Part shown: positions 28,001 through 33,572 of the stretch, piece by piece
Layout: each line of letters starts with the position of its first letter
How positions within the stretch are numbered: position 1 is the stretch's first letter
NCBI GenBank assembly: GCA_035307005.1
Contig: DATGMY010000197.1
Location: 1 to 33,572, forward strand
Direction of reading: 5' to 3'
Source: Flavobacterium sp.
GTDB lineage: Bacteria; Bacteroidota; Bacteroidia; Flavobacteriales; Flavobacteriaceae
Length of the DNA: 33,572 nucleotides
Position numbers and translations under genes: made by a program
Notes under the pieces: generated by a model
What the model was told of the DNA's origin: nothing
The model's input: the letters and a program-made list of their open reading frames with translations, nothing else
Databases searched by the model: none

Positions 28001-29446
28001 TTGGGAATGGGAAGACCGCAACCGGGTGAAAGGATTGAACGCAATAAAGAACTGACAGAGAAAGAGAAAAAAGAAGAGGAGGAAGGATCTAAGGTTCTGG
28101 ACGCACTGATTGACCTTGTAACGATGGTAAAAACGGTGAATGTGACCTATCAGGAAACGAATGGTACGGTTTTGCCGGGCTATTTGGAAGGATTAGGCTT
28201 TTTTGGAACATCACGCCCAACGCTGGGATATGTCTTTGGTTCGCAGGCGGATGTTCGTTATGAAGCTGCCCGCAAAGGCTGGCTGACGGCTTATCCGGAA
28301 TTTAATCAGGAATTTAGCCAAATGCATACTGAAAACCTTACTTTCAGAGCTGAAGCACGCCCTGTTCAGGATTTAACTATAGCAATTACTGCAAACCGAC
28401 AATATTCTACTAATATGTCGGAACAATACGATGTGGAAGATGGTATTTATCATTCACGCTCGCCTTATGAATACGGAAACTTTATGACATCGACTATTAT
28501 GATCAATACTGCTTTTGGGCAAAGCGACGTCAATGGTTCGGCAGCATTTGAGCAGTTCAAAGTCAATCGCCTGGCAGTAGCTAACCGCTTGGCAGAAGCA
28601 CGAGGTATTGATTTGTCGGATCCGGCAAATATTGATGCTTACGGTTATCCGGTAGGCTACGGACGTACCAGTCAGGAAGTGTTAATGCCGGCGTTTCTGG
28701 CGGCTTATACCGGTAAGGATATCTCTGAACAGAAAAACGGTTTTATGTCGAATATCCCATTGCCAAACTGGAGTTTAAATTACAGAGGGTTGGTACGTTT
28801 GCCGTGGTTCAGAGATCATTTTACCCGCTTTAGCATTACTCATACCTACAGATCAACGTATTCTGTCAATAATTTCCAAACGAATTATGATTATCTGGAA
28901 AATCCGGATGCACTGAATGCAGGAGGAAATTATCCGGCAAAAACCGTGGTAAGTAATGTGAACATGACCGAAGATTTCAGACCTTTGATTCAAGTGGATT
29001 TTAGAACAAAATCAGGTTTGGATTTTGGTTTTGGGGTTAATAAAGACCGGATGCTTTCGATGAGTTTTGACAACAATTTGCTGACCGAAGTAAACGGAAA
29101 TGAATACAATTTTAAATTTGGATTCATCATCAAAGATGTGGGCTTTACCACCAATTTTGAGGGCGTTGCCAATGGTGGGCGTATTATCAGTGATATTCGT
29201 GTAACGACCAATTTCTCGTGGAGAAGAAACCAGACATTGATTCGTTATCTGGATTACAACAACAATCAGATCGGAGCCGGGCAGGATGTTAAAAACATAG
29301 GAGTACAGGCAGAGTATGATCTGAGTAAAAACTTTATGATCCGGTTTTTCTATGAACATCAAATCAATAAAGCGGTGGTTTCAACAATGTTTCCTAATTC
29401 CAATCTTCGTTCGGGAATTACCCTGCGTTATAACTTTGGAAATTAA
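22091..29446 (+). CDS. sprA: T9SS outer-membrane translocon SprA (Sov)
   Basis: 2451 aa with a signal peptide. FESIFGSNTIDVRPNGS, IEVGNVSMP, NFEQSNVEYIEFW and GEVWFNELR; ends GITLRYNFGN. Follows ruvA. Confidence 0.96.
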   Translation: MKTYSRVTIFFKYLFLIFFLVIPVLAVAQVDETEEEQEEDVIIRGAITLEDVDSIMRMYTYDPLTDRYIYSVTTGGFDIEYPMILTRKQYEEILLDAATREFYYKQLAAGEDRLSEEEMKDLLPRYYVNSKLFESIFGSNTIDVRPNGSVEVDLGLRYSKQDNPIISPRNRRMFALDFDQRISLSLQGKVGTRLNTDINFDNQATMGFQQQMVKLQYEPDEDAIIQGIEVGNVSMPVNNSLIRGAQNLFGVKSKLQFGRTTVTGVFSKQNSERNSIIVEGGGTVQDFELFALDYEQNRHYFLSQFFRYQYDRALRNYPYVDSRVRITRVEVWVTNRQNRIGQVNNNMRNIIALQDLGEARLSNASVERTIGIDLNAHPDFFGTTPVNQPSDNENNQFNPEQIGTNFLNEGIRQITTAQSGFNIPVTEGRDYVKLENARKLSEMEFKFHPQLGYISLQQPLNNDEVLAVAYEYTIGGKVYKVGEFGTDGIDATVIGQDGDNQDIPTTQSLVLKMLKSTLASVDEPVWDLMMKNIYPIPGMRISQEGFRFNILYTDPSPLNYISPVEGTPLPEDVANTPLLNVFHLDRLNSTNDPQNGGDGWFDYVANGPTNDPFNNQNNQSGSYNQQNNQGGSYNQQNNSGLQNTNKFDGITIDEEAGRIIFTTVEPFGEHLFQKLSANGSEDYNIEASYNANQKKYVYKSMYRSTYSKALQDTQKNKFQLKGRFQSEGADGIQIPGGFMGITQGSVVVTAGGRTLVEGMDYTVDYQRGTVNIVDPSLKNSNTPIEISTEQNSMFSQNRRTFFGFNIDHQVNDKLVFGATYLRLSEQPLTVKSNFGEESVNNAVIGFNANYSTDVPFLTRWVNKLPNIDTDVMSSLTVKGEFAYLLPGASKLDQINGEATAYIENFEGMQSNIDVLNPTMWSLSSVPVGYGENFTDLQSGYRRAKMSWYNIDQIFYSPYRRPDDVTDNQLSSNKTRRVPKEEIFPTMDIAAGDMLTINPLNLTYYPKERGPYNFNPQFLSNNQLPNPEQNWAGIMRSIASTNFEQSNVEYIEFWMMDPYTGNPGDIAEVNNQGKVFFNLGYISEDILQDGMKQYENGLPTPGNNTPTISTIWGKVPASTALIYAFDSDGGSRAYQDVGLDGLNDEEEAAKFPQFAGFNDPAADNYEFFLTAQGDIVTRYKNYNGLQGNTPIEFSDTNRGNSNLPDVEDIDGDNTMNTINAYYQYEINVAPNPTIGENYVVDVRTTTATFPNGNTTPVKWVQYKVPIVASEEYAVGAISDLQSVRFMRMFLTGFNEEVTLRFGTLNLVSSSWRRYTESLIEDPDIIVQGTNTGFDVTTLNILNNYARTPIPYVLPPGIFREQRLQNNTAINEDEQALSLRVYKANTAMASPSGLEPEDSRAVFKNVGNIDMRQYKKLRMFIHAEATEDLNDGMRLQDDEMVAFIRFGNDFTDNFYQVEIPLKVTEWGTSIAEEIWPLANEIELQLELLTKLKLMRNRDQAHNPNFIYYKNEEELAPELSNKLNKLRIGIKGNPNFGLVRTIMLGMRNNTRVLSQTTGQQPRDLRGEVWFNELRMSDMTNKGGWAAIATVDAKIADFAAVTASANQQTIGFGALEQGPQERSREDIFQYNITTAVNAHQILPKNWKLNIPFSYSISEEKITPEYDPNDPDIRLQVKLDDAQSDQERKQIKDRAIEYTKRTSINFVGVNKQRGENKKERFYDIENLTLSHTFNEVEQHNFEIEKMLDQQARSSVDYSYAFKPWEVEPFKKAESLKKSRYLKILTDFNLNLLPTNVTFHSDVLRQFNQQKYRMIDVEGIEIQPLYRRNYFFNYNYRLNFNLTKNLTLNYMASNNNVVRNYYDDEMFVDNSLGIWNGYFDMGTPNLRMQSLQLNYKLPFDKIPFLSFLNSTYSYTGDYSWQRATDAFSQIEYNGVNYRLGNTIQNANTHNLNTSVTMDTFYKYLGLEKKKKPQRTALGMGRPQPGERIERNKELTEKEKKEEEEGSKVLDALIDLVTMVKTVNVTYQETNGTVLPGYLEGLGFFGTSRPTLGYVFGSQADVRYEAARKGWLTAYPEFNQEFSQMHTENLTFRAEARPVQDLTIAITANRQYSTNMSEQYDVEDGIYHSRSPYEYGNFMTSTIMINTAFGQSDVNGSAAFEQFKVNRLAVANRLAEARGIDLSDPANIDAYGYPVGYGRTSQEVLMPAFLAAYTGKDISEQKNGFMSNIPLPNWSLNYRGLVRLPWFRDHFTRFSITHTYRSTYSVNNFQTNYDYLENPDALNAGGNYPAKTVVSNVNMTEDFRPLIQVDFRTKSGLDFGFGVNKDRMLSMSFDNNLLTEVNGNEYNFKFGFIIKDVGFTTNFEGVANGGRIISDIRVTTNFSWRRNQTLIRYLDYNNNQIGAGQDVKNIGVQAEYDLSKNFMIRFFYEHQINKAVVSTMFPNSNLRSGITLRYNFGN
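23936..24004 (+). repeat. 30-bp tandem repeat (about 2.3 copies) inside sprA
   Basis: CAAAATAATCAGAGTGGTTCGTACAACCAA / CAAAATAATCAGGGAGGTTCATACAATCAA / CAAAATAAT, encoding QNNQ(S/G)GSYNQ. Confidence 0.9.
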
Positions 29447-29479
29447 ACCATAAAAATTTTTCAATTATCAATAAAGTTA

Positions 29480-29487
29480 TACATTTG
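29480..29487 (+). promoter_or_regulatory. -7 box (TACATTTG) for gcvH
   Basis: TAnnTTTG match 17 bp upstream of the ATG. Confidence 0.6.
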
Positions 29488-29504
29488 CTTAAAATAATAA
29501 CACA

Positions 29505-29885
29505 ATGAATATACCAGCTAATTTAAAGTACACGAAAGACCACGAGTGGGTTAGTTTAGAAGGCGACGTAGCAACAGTAGGAATTACGGATTTTGCCCAA
29601 AAAGAATTGGGAGATATCGTTTATGTAGAAGTAGAAACGATAGACCAAACTCTGGATCAGGACGAAGTATTCGGAACAGTGGAAGCAGTAAAAACAGTTT
29701 CTGATTTGTTTTTGCCTCTTTCAGGAGAGATTATAGAGTTTAACGAAGGATTGGAAACCGAGCCTGAAACAGTAAACTCTGACCCTTACGGAGCCGGATG
29801 GATGATCAAAGTAAAAGTTTCCGATACTGCGGCATTCGATGGTTTATTGACAGCCGACCAATACAAAGAGTTGATAGGTGCTTAA
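29505..29885 (+). CDS. gcvH: Glycine cleavage system H protein
   Basis: [23 protein letters not shown], lipoyl-Lys motif VEAVKTVSD and DPYGAGW. Confidence 0.97.
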   Translation: MNIPANLKYTKDHEWVSLEGDVATVGITDFAQKELGDIVYVEVETIDQTLDQDEVFGTVEAVKTVSDLFLPLSGEIIEFNEGLETEPETVNSDPYGAGWMIKVKVSDTAAFDGLLTADQYKELIGA

Positions 29886-30258
29886 AAAAAAGCTTCTGGC
29901 CATAACGTGGAATGTTGTGATTCTCGTTTTTTGTCTGGTTAATTTGTCCAACATCAACGAGGTTCAAAAAGTCGCTTTTCCGCATATCGACAAAATAGTA
30001 CATTTTATTTTTTATGCTACTGCGTCGTTTTTATGGTCCTGGGCATTGTTAAATAAAAATTCAAACCATTACAGACTGAACTTGATTCTTGTTGTTACAG
30101 GATTAATTGTTTTTGGTCTCACGGTTGAATTTTTGCAAGACATACTTCCCACCAAACGCTCTTTTGAATGGCTGGACGTTGTTAGCAACACCGCCGGAGT
30201 TTTGGTCGGAACAAGTATTTATCTTTTATACAAAAAATCAAAACCTCACAAAGCGTGA
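29878..30258 (+). CDS. VanZ family membrane protein
   Basis: DKIVHF, EFLQ and [14 protein letters not shown], with 4 TM segments. Confidence 0.88.
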   Translation: MLKKKLLAITWNVVILVFCLVNLSNINEVQKVAFPHIDKIVHFIFYATASFLWSWALLNKNSNHYRLNLILVVTGLIVFGLTVEFLQDILPTKRSFEWLDVVSNTAGVLVGTSIYLLYKKSKPHKA

Positions 30259-30264
30259 GGTTTT
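30240..30264. terminator. Probable bidirectional terminator overlapping the VanZ-family stop codon
   Basis: AAAACCTCAC-AAAGC-GTGAGGTTTT between convergent genes. Confidence 0.75.
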
Positions 30265-30714
30265 TTAATTGCTTTTTTTGAAAAGATTAAATTTCATCAT
30301 TCTTTGTGTGGTATCGTGGCAAGGTTTTACATAATCTACATAATAGATTTTGTTTGTGAGATTTAGTTTCTCTACCTCATAACTGTTGTGTGTAAAATGT
30401 AGAACAGGAGTTTTGTCTTTTAACTCCCAAGTTCCTTTATAAAGAATAGTGTCTTTGTTTGATTTTACATAAAAAGTAGTAAAACTATAATCTTTTTTTA
30501 AGTCTAAATACACACTTTTGTTGAAATTTGATAAGGATTTTTTGACTTTATGTTTTGTGTTAAGAATTCTACTTTCAATATAATTCGGTTGTACGGCTTC
30601 ATATTCCCCAACCCAATCATCCACCTTTTGTTGGTTACTGACAATAGAAACAGAATAAAAGCCCACTGTTGTAAAAAATAACAATGGAAGCAGGTTTGTC
30701 AAAATCTTATTCAT
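30265..30714 (-). CDS. Hypothetical exported/membrane-anchored protein
   Basis: 149 aa ORF with a hydrophobic N-terminus and WVGEY...YKGTW beta-strand motifs. A -7 box TATATTTG lies at 30770-30763. Confidence 0.65.
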   Translation of the reverse strand: MNKILTNLLPLLFFTTVGFYSVSIVSNQQKVDDWVGEYEAVQPNYIESRILNTKHKVKKSLSNFNKSVYLDLKKDYSFTTFYVKSNKDTILYKGTWELKDKTPVLHFTHNSYEVEKLNLTNKIYYVDYVKPCHDTTQRMMKFNLFKKSN

Positions 30715-30959
30715 CGAAATGATTTTTAAGTTCTGTTTTTGTTTTTAAGACGAATGTTGTTTCAAATATAAGTATAAATATTAATTCTTTAAACTATAAA
30801 CCTGTTGTTGATTGTTTCTTTTTAATGTTGTAAAAGTTGCAAGCAGACAGGCTTGAATATCAATACTGATTTAAAGCGGAATAATCAGCAAAATAGTTAG
30901 CGGAAAGAGTTTTTTTGAAGTATATTTGCAAACCAATTTCATTTGTACAAACAGCTATT

Positions 30960-31859
30960 TTGGAAACAACTTCAACAATAAAGAACGTTTCGGTTCTTTC
31001 AGAATTCAAAGCTATAACCAAAGCCGGTTTGGCCTTTAGCGTGGTTTTTTCAACGCTGGCAGGCTATTTGCTGGCAGTGGGAGACTGGCGCGAAATCAGT
31101 TGGATCACTTTGTTAATGCTTGCCGTTGGCGGATATTGTATGGTGGGTGCGTCGAATGCGTTTAACCAGATTATTGAAAAAGATCTGGATGCCAAAATGG
31201 ATCGTACTAAAAAACGACCTGTGGCAGCAGGAAGAATTTCGACCAACAGTGCTTTTATTTTAGCAGCGGTTTTAACGGTAATCGGAATCGTGATCCTGTA
31301 CATTGTGAGCCCGAAAACAGCAATGTTTGGGGCTATTTCTATTTTCTTGTACACCAGTGTTTACACCCCCCTGAAGCCTTTAACGCCCCTGGCAGTATTT
31401 GTAGGAGCTTTTCCGGGTGCAATCCCTTTTATGTTGGGTTGGGTGGCACATACCAATGAATTTGGAATAGAGGCAGGAACGTTGTTTCTAATCCAGTTTT
31501 TTTGGCAGTTCCCACATTTTTGGGCATTGGGCTGGTTTTTATATGAAGATTATAAAAAAGGCGGTTTTTATTTACTGCCTACCCGAAAAAAGAACAAAAA
31601 ATCCGCTTTGCAGGCTATTTTGTACACCATTTGGTTGATCCTTGCGTCGCTGTTGCCTGCAACAGGTTATACCGGACGTTTGTATTTATCGCCCGTTGCA
31701 GCTGTTTTGGTTTTGGCAGCCGGATTATGGATGTTGTATGGTGCGGTACAATTGTATCGCAAAGGAACCGATAAGTCGGCAAAAACACTGATGTTGATTA
31801 GTGTAACGTATATTTCATTGATGCAGATTATTTTTATATTGGATAAATTTTTACGATAA
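30960..31859 (+). CDS. cyoE: Protoheme IX farnesyltransferase (heme O synthase)
   Basis: NQIIEKDLDAKMDRTKKRP, YTPLK, GAFPGA and FFWQFPHF. Start moved to the in-frame TTG at 30960 because a -7 box (TATATTTG 30921-30928) lies inside the track ORF. Confidence 0.93.
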   Translation: METTSTIKNVSVLSEFKAITKAGLAFSVVFSTLAGYLLAVGDWREISWITLLMLAVGGYCMVGASNAFNQIIEKDLDAKMDRTKKRPVAAGRISTNSAFILAAVLTVIGIVILYIVSPKTAMFGAISIFLYTSVYTPLKPLTPLAVFVGAFPGAIPFMLGWVAHTNEFGIEAGTLFLIQFFWQFPHFWALGWFLYEDYKKGGFYLLPTRKKNKKSALQAILYTIWLILASLLPATGYTGRLYLSPVAAVLVLAAGLWMLYGAVQLYRKGTDKSAKTLMLISVTYISLMQIIFILDKFLR

Positions 31860-32443
31860 TGAACTTGGAGGAATTAGAAAGAGAGCAGATACAAAAAGGG
31901 AAAGCCTACAAAACGATGCTGATATTTACTATGGGAAGTATCGTGATGATTTTTGCCGGACTTACCAGTGCTTATGTCATCAGTAAAAGCCGTCCTGACT
32001 GGCTGAACGACTTTGAACTGCCGCAGGTTTTTTTATGGAGTACCATTGTAATGATATTAAGCAGTGTGACTTTTCATCTGGCAAAAAAAGCTATTCGTAA
32101 AGACAACCGTTCAACCACAAGTTTGATGCTCGGAATTACATTAGTATTGGGATTGCTTTTTGTTTTTCTACAATTTAAAGGATTTGATGAGGTTATCAAG
32201 GCAGGTTATTACTTCACAGGAAGTGAAAGTACAATTACCACTTCTTTTTTATATGTAGTGGTTTTGGTACACATTGCCCATCTTGTCGGAGGATTGATTT
32301 CATTGTTGGTTGTAATTTATAATCATTATAAACAAAAATATAATTCAGGTCAAACCCTTGGAATAGAGTTGAGTGTGATGTTTTGGCACTTTTTGGATTT
32401 CCTCTGGTTATATCTGTTTTTGTTTTTTACTTTTTACAAATAA
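31859..32443 (+). CDS. Cytochrome c oxidase subunit III family protein (short)
   Basis: FAGLTSAY, STIVMILSSVT, HIAHLVGG and FWHFLDFLWLYLF. Confidence 0.92.
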   Translation: MNLEELEREQIQKGKAYKTMLIFTMGSIVMIFAGLTSAYVISKSRPDWLNDFELPQVFLWSTIVMILSSVTFHLAKKAIRKDNRSTTSLMLGITLVLGLLFVFLQFKGFDEVIKAGYYFTGSESTITTSFLYVVVLVHIAHLVGGLISLLVVIYNHYKQKYNSGQTLGIELSVMFWHFLDFLWLYLFLFFTFYK

Positions 32444-32510
32444 TTAAATTACTTTTCTTTAAAAGAAAAAAGACTTAAATTTGGGAACTTTTTAACACTT
32501 AAACTTTTTT

Positions 32511-33503
32511 ATGGGAGCGACAGTAACTACAGCAGCGACTAAAGAAAAAACTTGGGGAGGCGGGGAAGATATTCAGCCTCTTGGAGCGAGCTATGGGAAA
32601 ATGATGATGTGGTATTTCATCTTGTCAGATTCATTGACATTCGCAGGATTCCTTGCATCTTATGGTTTTACGAGATTTAAGTTTATGGACTCGTGGCCAA
32701 TTGCAGATGAGGTATTCAACCACTTTCCGTTTTTGCACGGTGTAGATGCACCGATGTATTACGTAGCGTTGATGACATTTATCCTGATCTTTTCATCAGT
32801 AACAATGGTATTGGCAGTAGATGCAGGTCATCAGATGAAACAAAAGAAAGTAGCCACTTATATGTTATTGACTATTGTCGGTGGTTTTATCTTCTTGGGT
32901 TCACAAGCCTGGGAATGGAAAAATTTTATCACGGGAACCTACGGAGCCGTGGAAACAAGGGGAGGTGAAATTTTACAGTTTATTGATAAAGACGGTAAAA
33001 GACTGGCACTGGCTGATTTTGCTGACCACTCGGTTTCAAGAGAAGACGGTGTTTTGACAAGAGACAGAGGAACCTGGTTTATGAAAGGTGGTTCTGATAC
33101 ATCTGTTTCTTTAGAGCAGGTAAAAGCAGGTTTGCAAAACAATCCGGACGTATTGATCCGTACACAATATACCAACCCTGACAATAGACACGAAAAGATT
33201 GCCCTGACCCGTGAAGAATCTCTGGAAAGAATGCAGGACTTTACAATGGTTGTAGAAGGAGCGAATCTGATTCGTAATGAATACGGTCATAAAACATTCG
33301 CAGATTTGTTCTTCTTTATTACCGGATTTCACGGATTTCACGTGAGTATTGGAGTTTTGTTGAACATTATTATTTTCTTTAATGTATTGCTGGGAACATA
33401 CCAAAAAAGAGGTTCTTATGAAATGGTAGAGAAAGTAGGTTTATACTGGCACTTTGTAGATTTAGTTTGGGTGTTTGTATTTACATTCTTCTATTTAGTT
33501 TAA
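32511..33503 (+). CDS. Cytochrome c oxidase subunit III family protein (long, with soluble insertion)
   Basis: GKMMMWYFILSD, TFILIFSSVTM, FFITGFHGFHV and GLYWHFVDLVWVFVFTFFYL. Confidence 0.93.
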   Translation: MGATVTTAATKEKTWGGGEDIQPLGASYGKMMMWYFILSDSLTFAGFLASYGFTRFKFMDSWPIADEVFNHFPFLHGVDAPMYYVALMTFILIFSSVTMVLAVDAGHQMKQKKVATYMLLTIVGGFIFLGSQAWEWKNFITGTYGAVETRGGEILQFIDKDGKRLALADFADHSVSREDGVLTRDRGTWFMKGGSDTSVSLEQVKAGLQNNPDVLIRTQYTNPDNRHEKIALTREESLERMQDFTMVVEGANLIRNEYGHKTFADLFFFITGFHGFHVSIGVLLNIIIFFNVLLGTYQKRGSYEMVEKVGLYWHFVDLVWVFVFTFFYLV

Positions 33504-33523
33504 TTATATAATCAAGATTTAAA

Positions 33524-33572
33524 ATGGGAGCACACGTATCTAATACAAAAAGAATTTGGACAGTATTTATTT
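33524..33572 (+). CDS. Cytochrome c oxidase subunit IV family protein (5' fragment)
   Basis: ATG 33524 gives MGAHVSNTKRIWTVFI, open to the window end, in the expected position after the two subunit III genes. Confidence 0.7.
   Translation, partial: MGAHVSNTKRIWTVFI

Noticed and set aside
257-33404. Remaining short track ORFs nested in or antisense to assigned genes (e.g. 257-472, 510-782, 10522-10923, 24902-25222, 29012-29362)
   Set aside because: They overlap well-supported CDSs and have no recognisable motifs.
31859-33503. Two adjacent cytochrome c oxidase subunit III genes as a novelty
   Set aside because: This is the usual arrangement after cyoE in flavobacterial oxidase operons.

Overview
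AT-rich Bacteroidota chromosome segment, most likely Flavobacteriaceae. This is inferred from TAnnTTTG promoters, T9SS cargo genes and the ruvA-sprA-gcvH-vanZ-cyoE-cox gene order. The left end (1-5700) holds housekeeping genes: a DUF3575-like outer-membrane protein, a T9SS cargo, asparaginase, an acyltransferase, TatD, a retropepsin-like protease and a DUF3109-like protein. A 737-bp intergenic region (5701-6437) is packed with REP-like hairpins and IHF-like motifs. Next is a surface-glycan cluster (6438-15266) with Wzz-like, lipoprotein and Wzx genes, three Wzy/WaaL-like membrane proteins and three glycosyltransferases, directly downstream of a DUF6909-like gene. The best candidate for an undescribed system is the operon at 17286-21395, just upstream of ruvA-sprA. 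Its first gene is a surface lipoprotein whose signal peptide is out of frame with the body across a C9 homopolymer, a possible phase-variable switch in the OFF state or a sequencing error. It is followed by three tandem, mosaic T9SS type-A lectin/adhesin-like paralogs separated by covarying REP-like palindromes. The right end carries ruvA, sprA (with an N/Q-rich tandem-repeat segment), gcvH, a VanZ-family gene, an orphan, cyoE and cytochrome c oxidase subunits III/III/IV. I saw no rRNA, tRNA, CRISPR array, transposase or integrase. Family assignments come from motif recognition only; no database searches were run.
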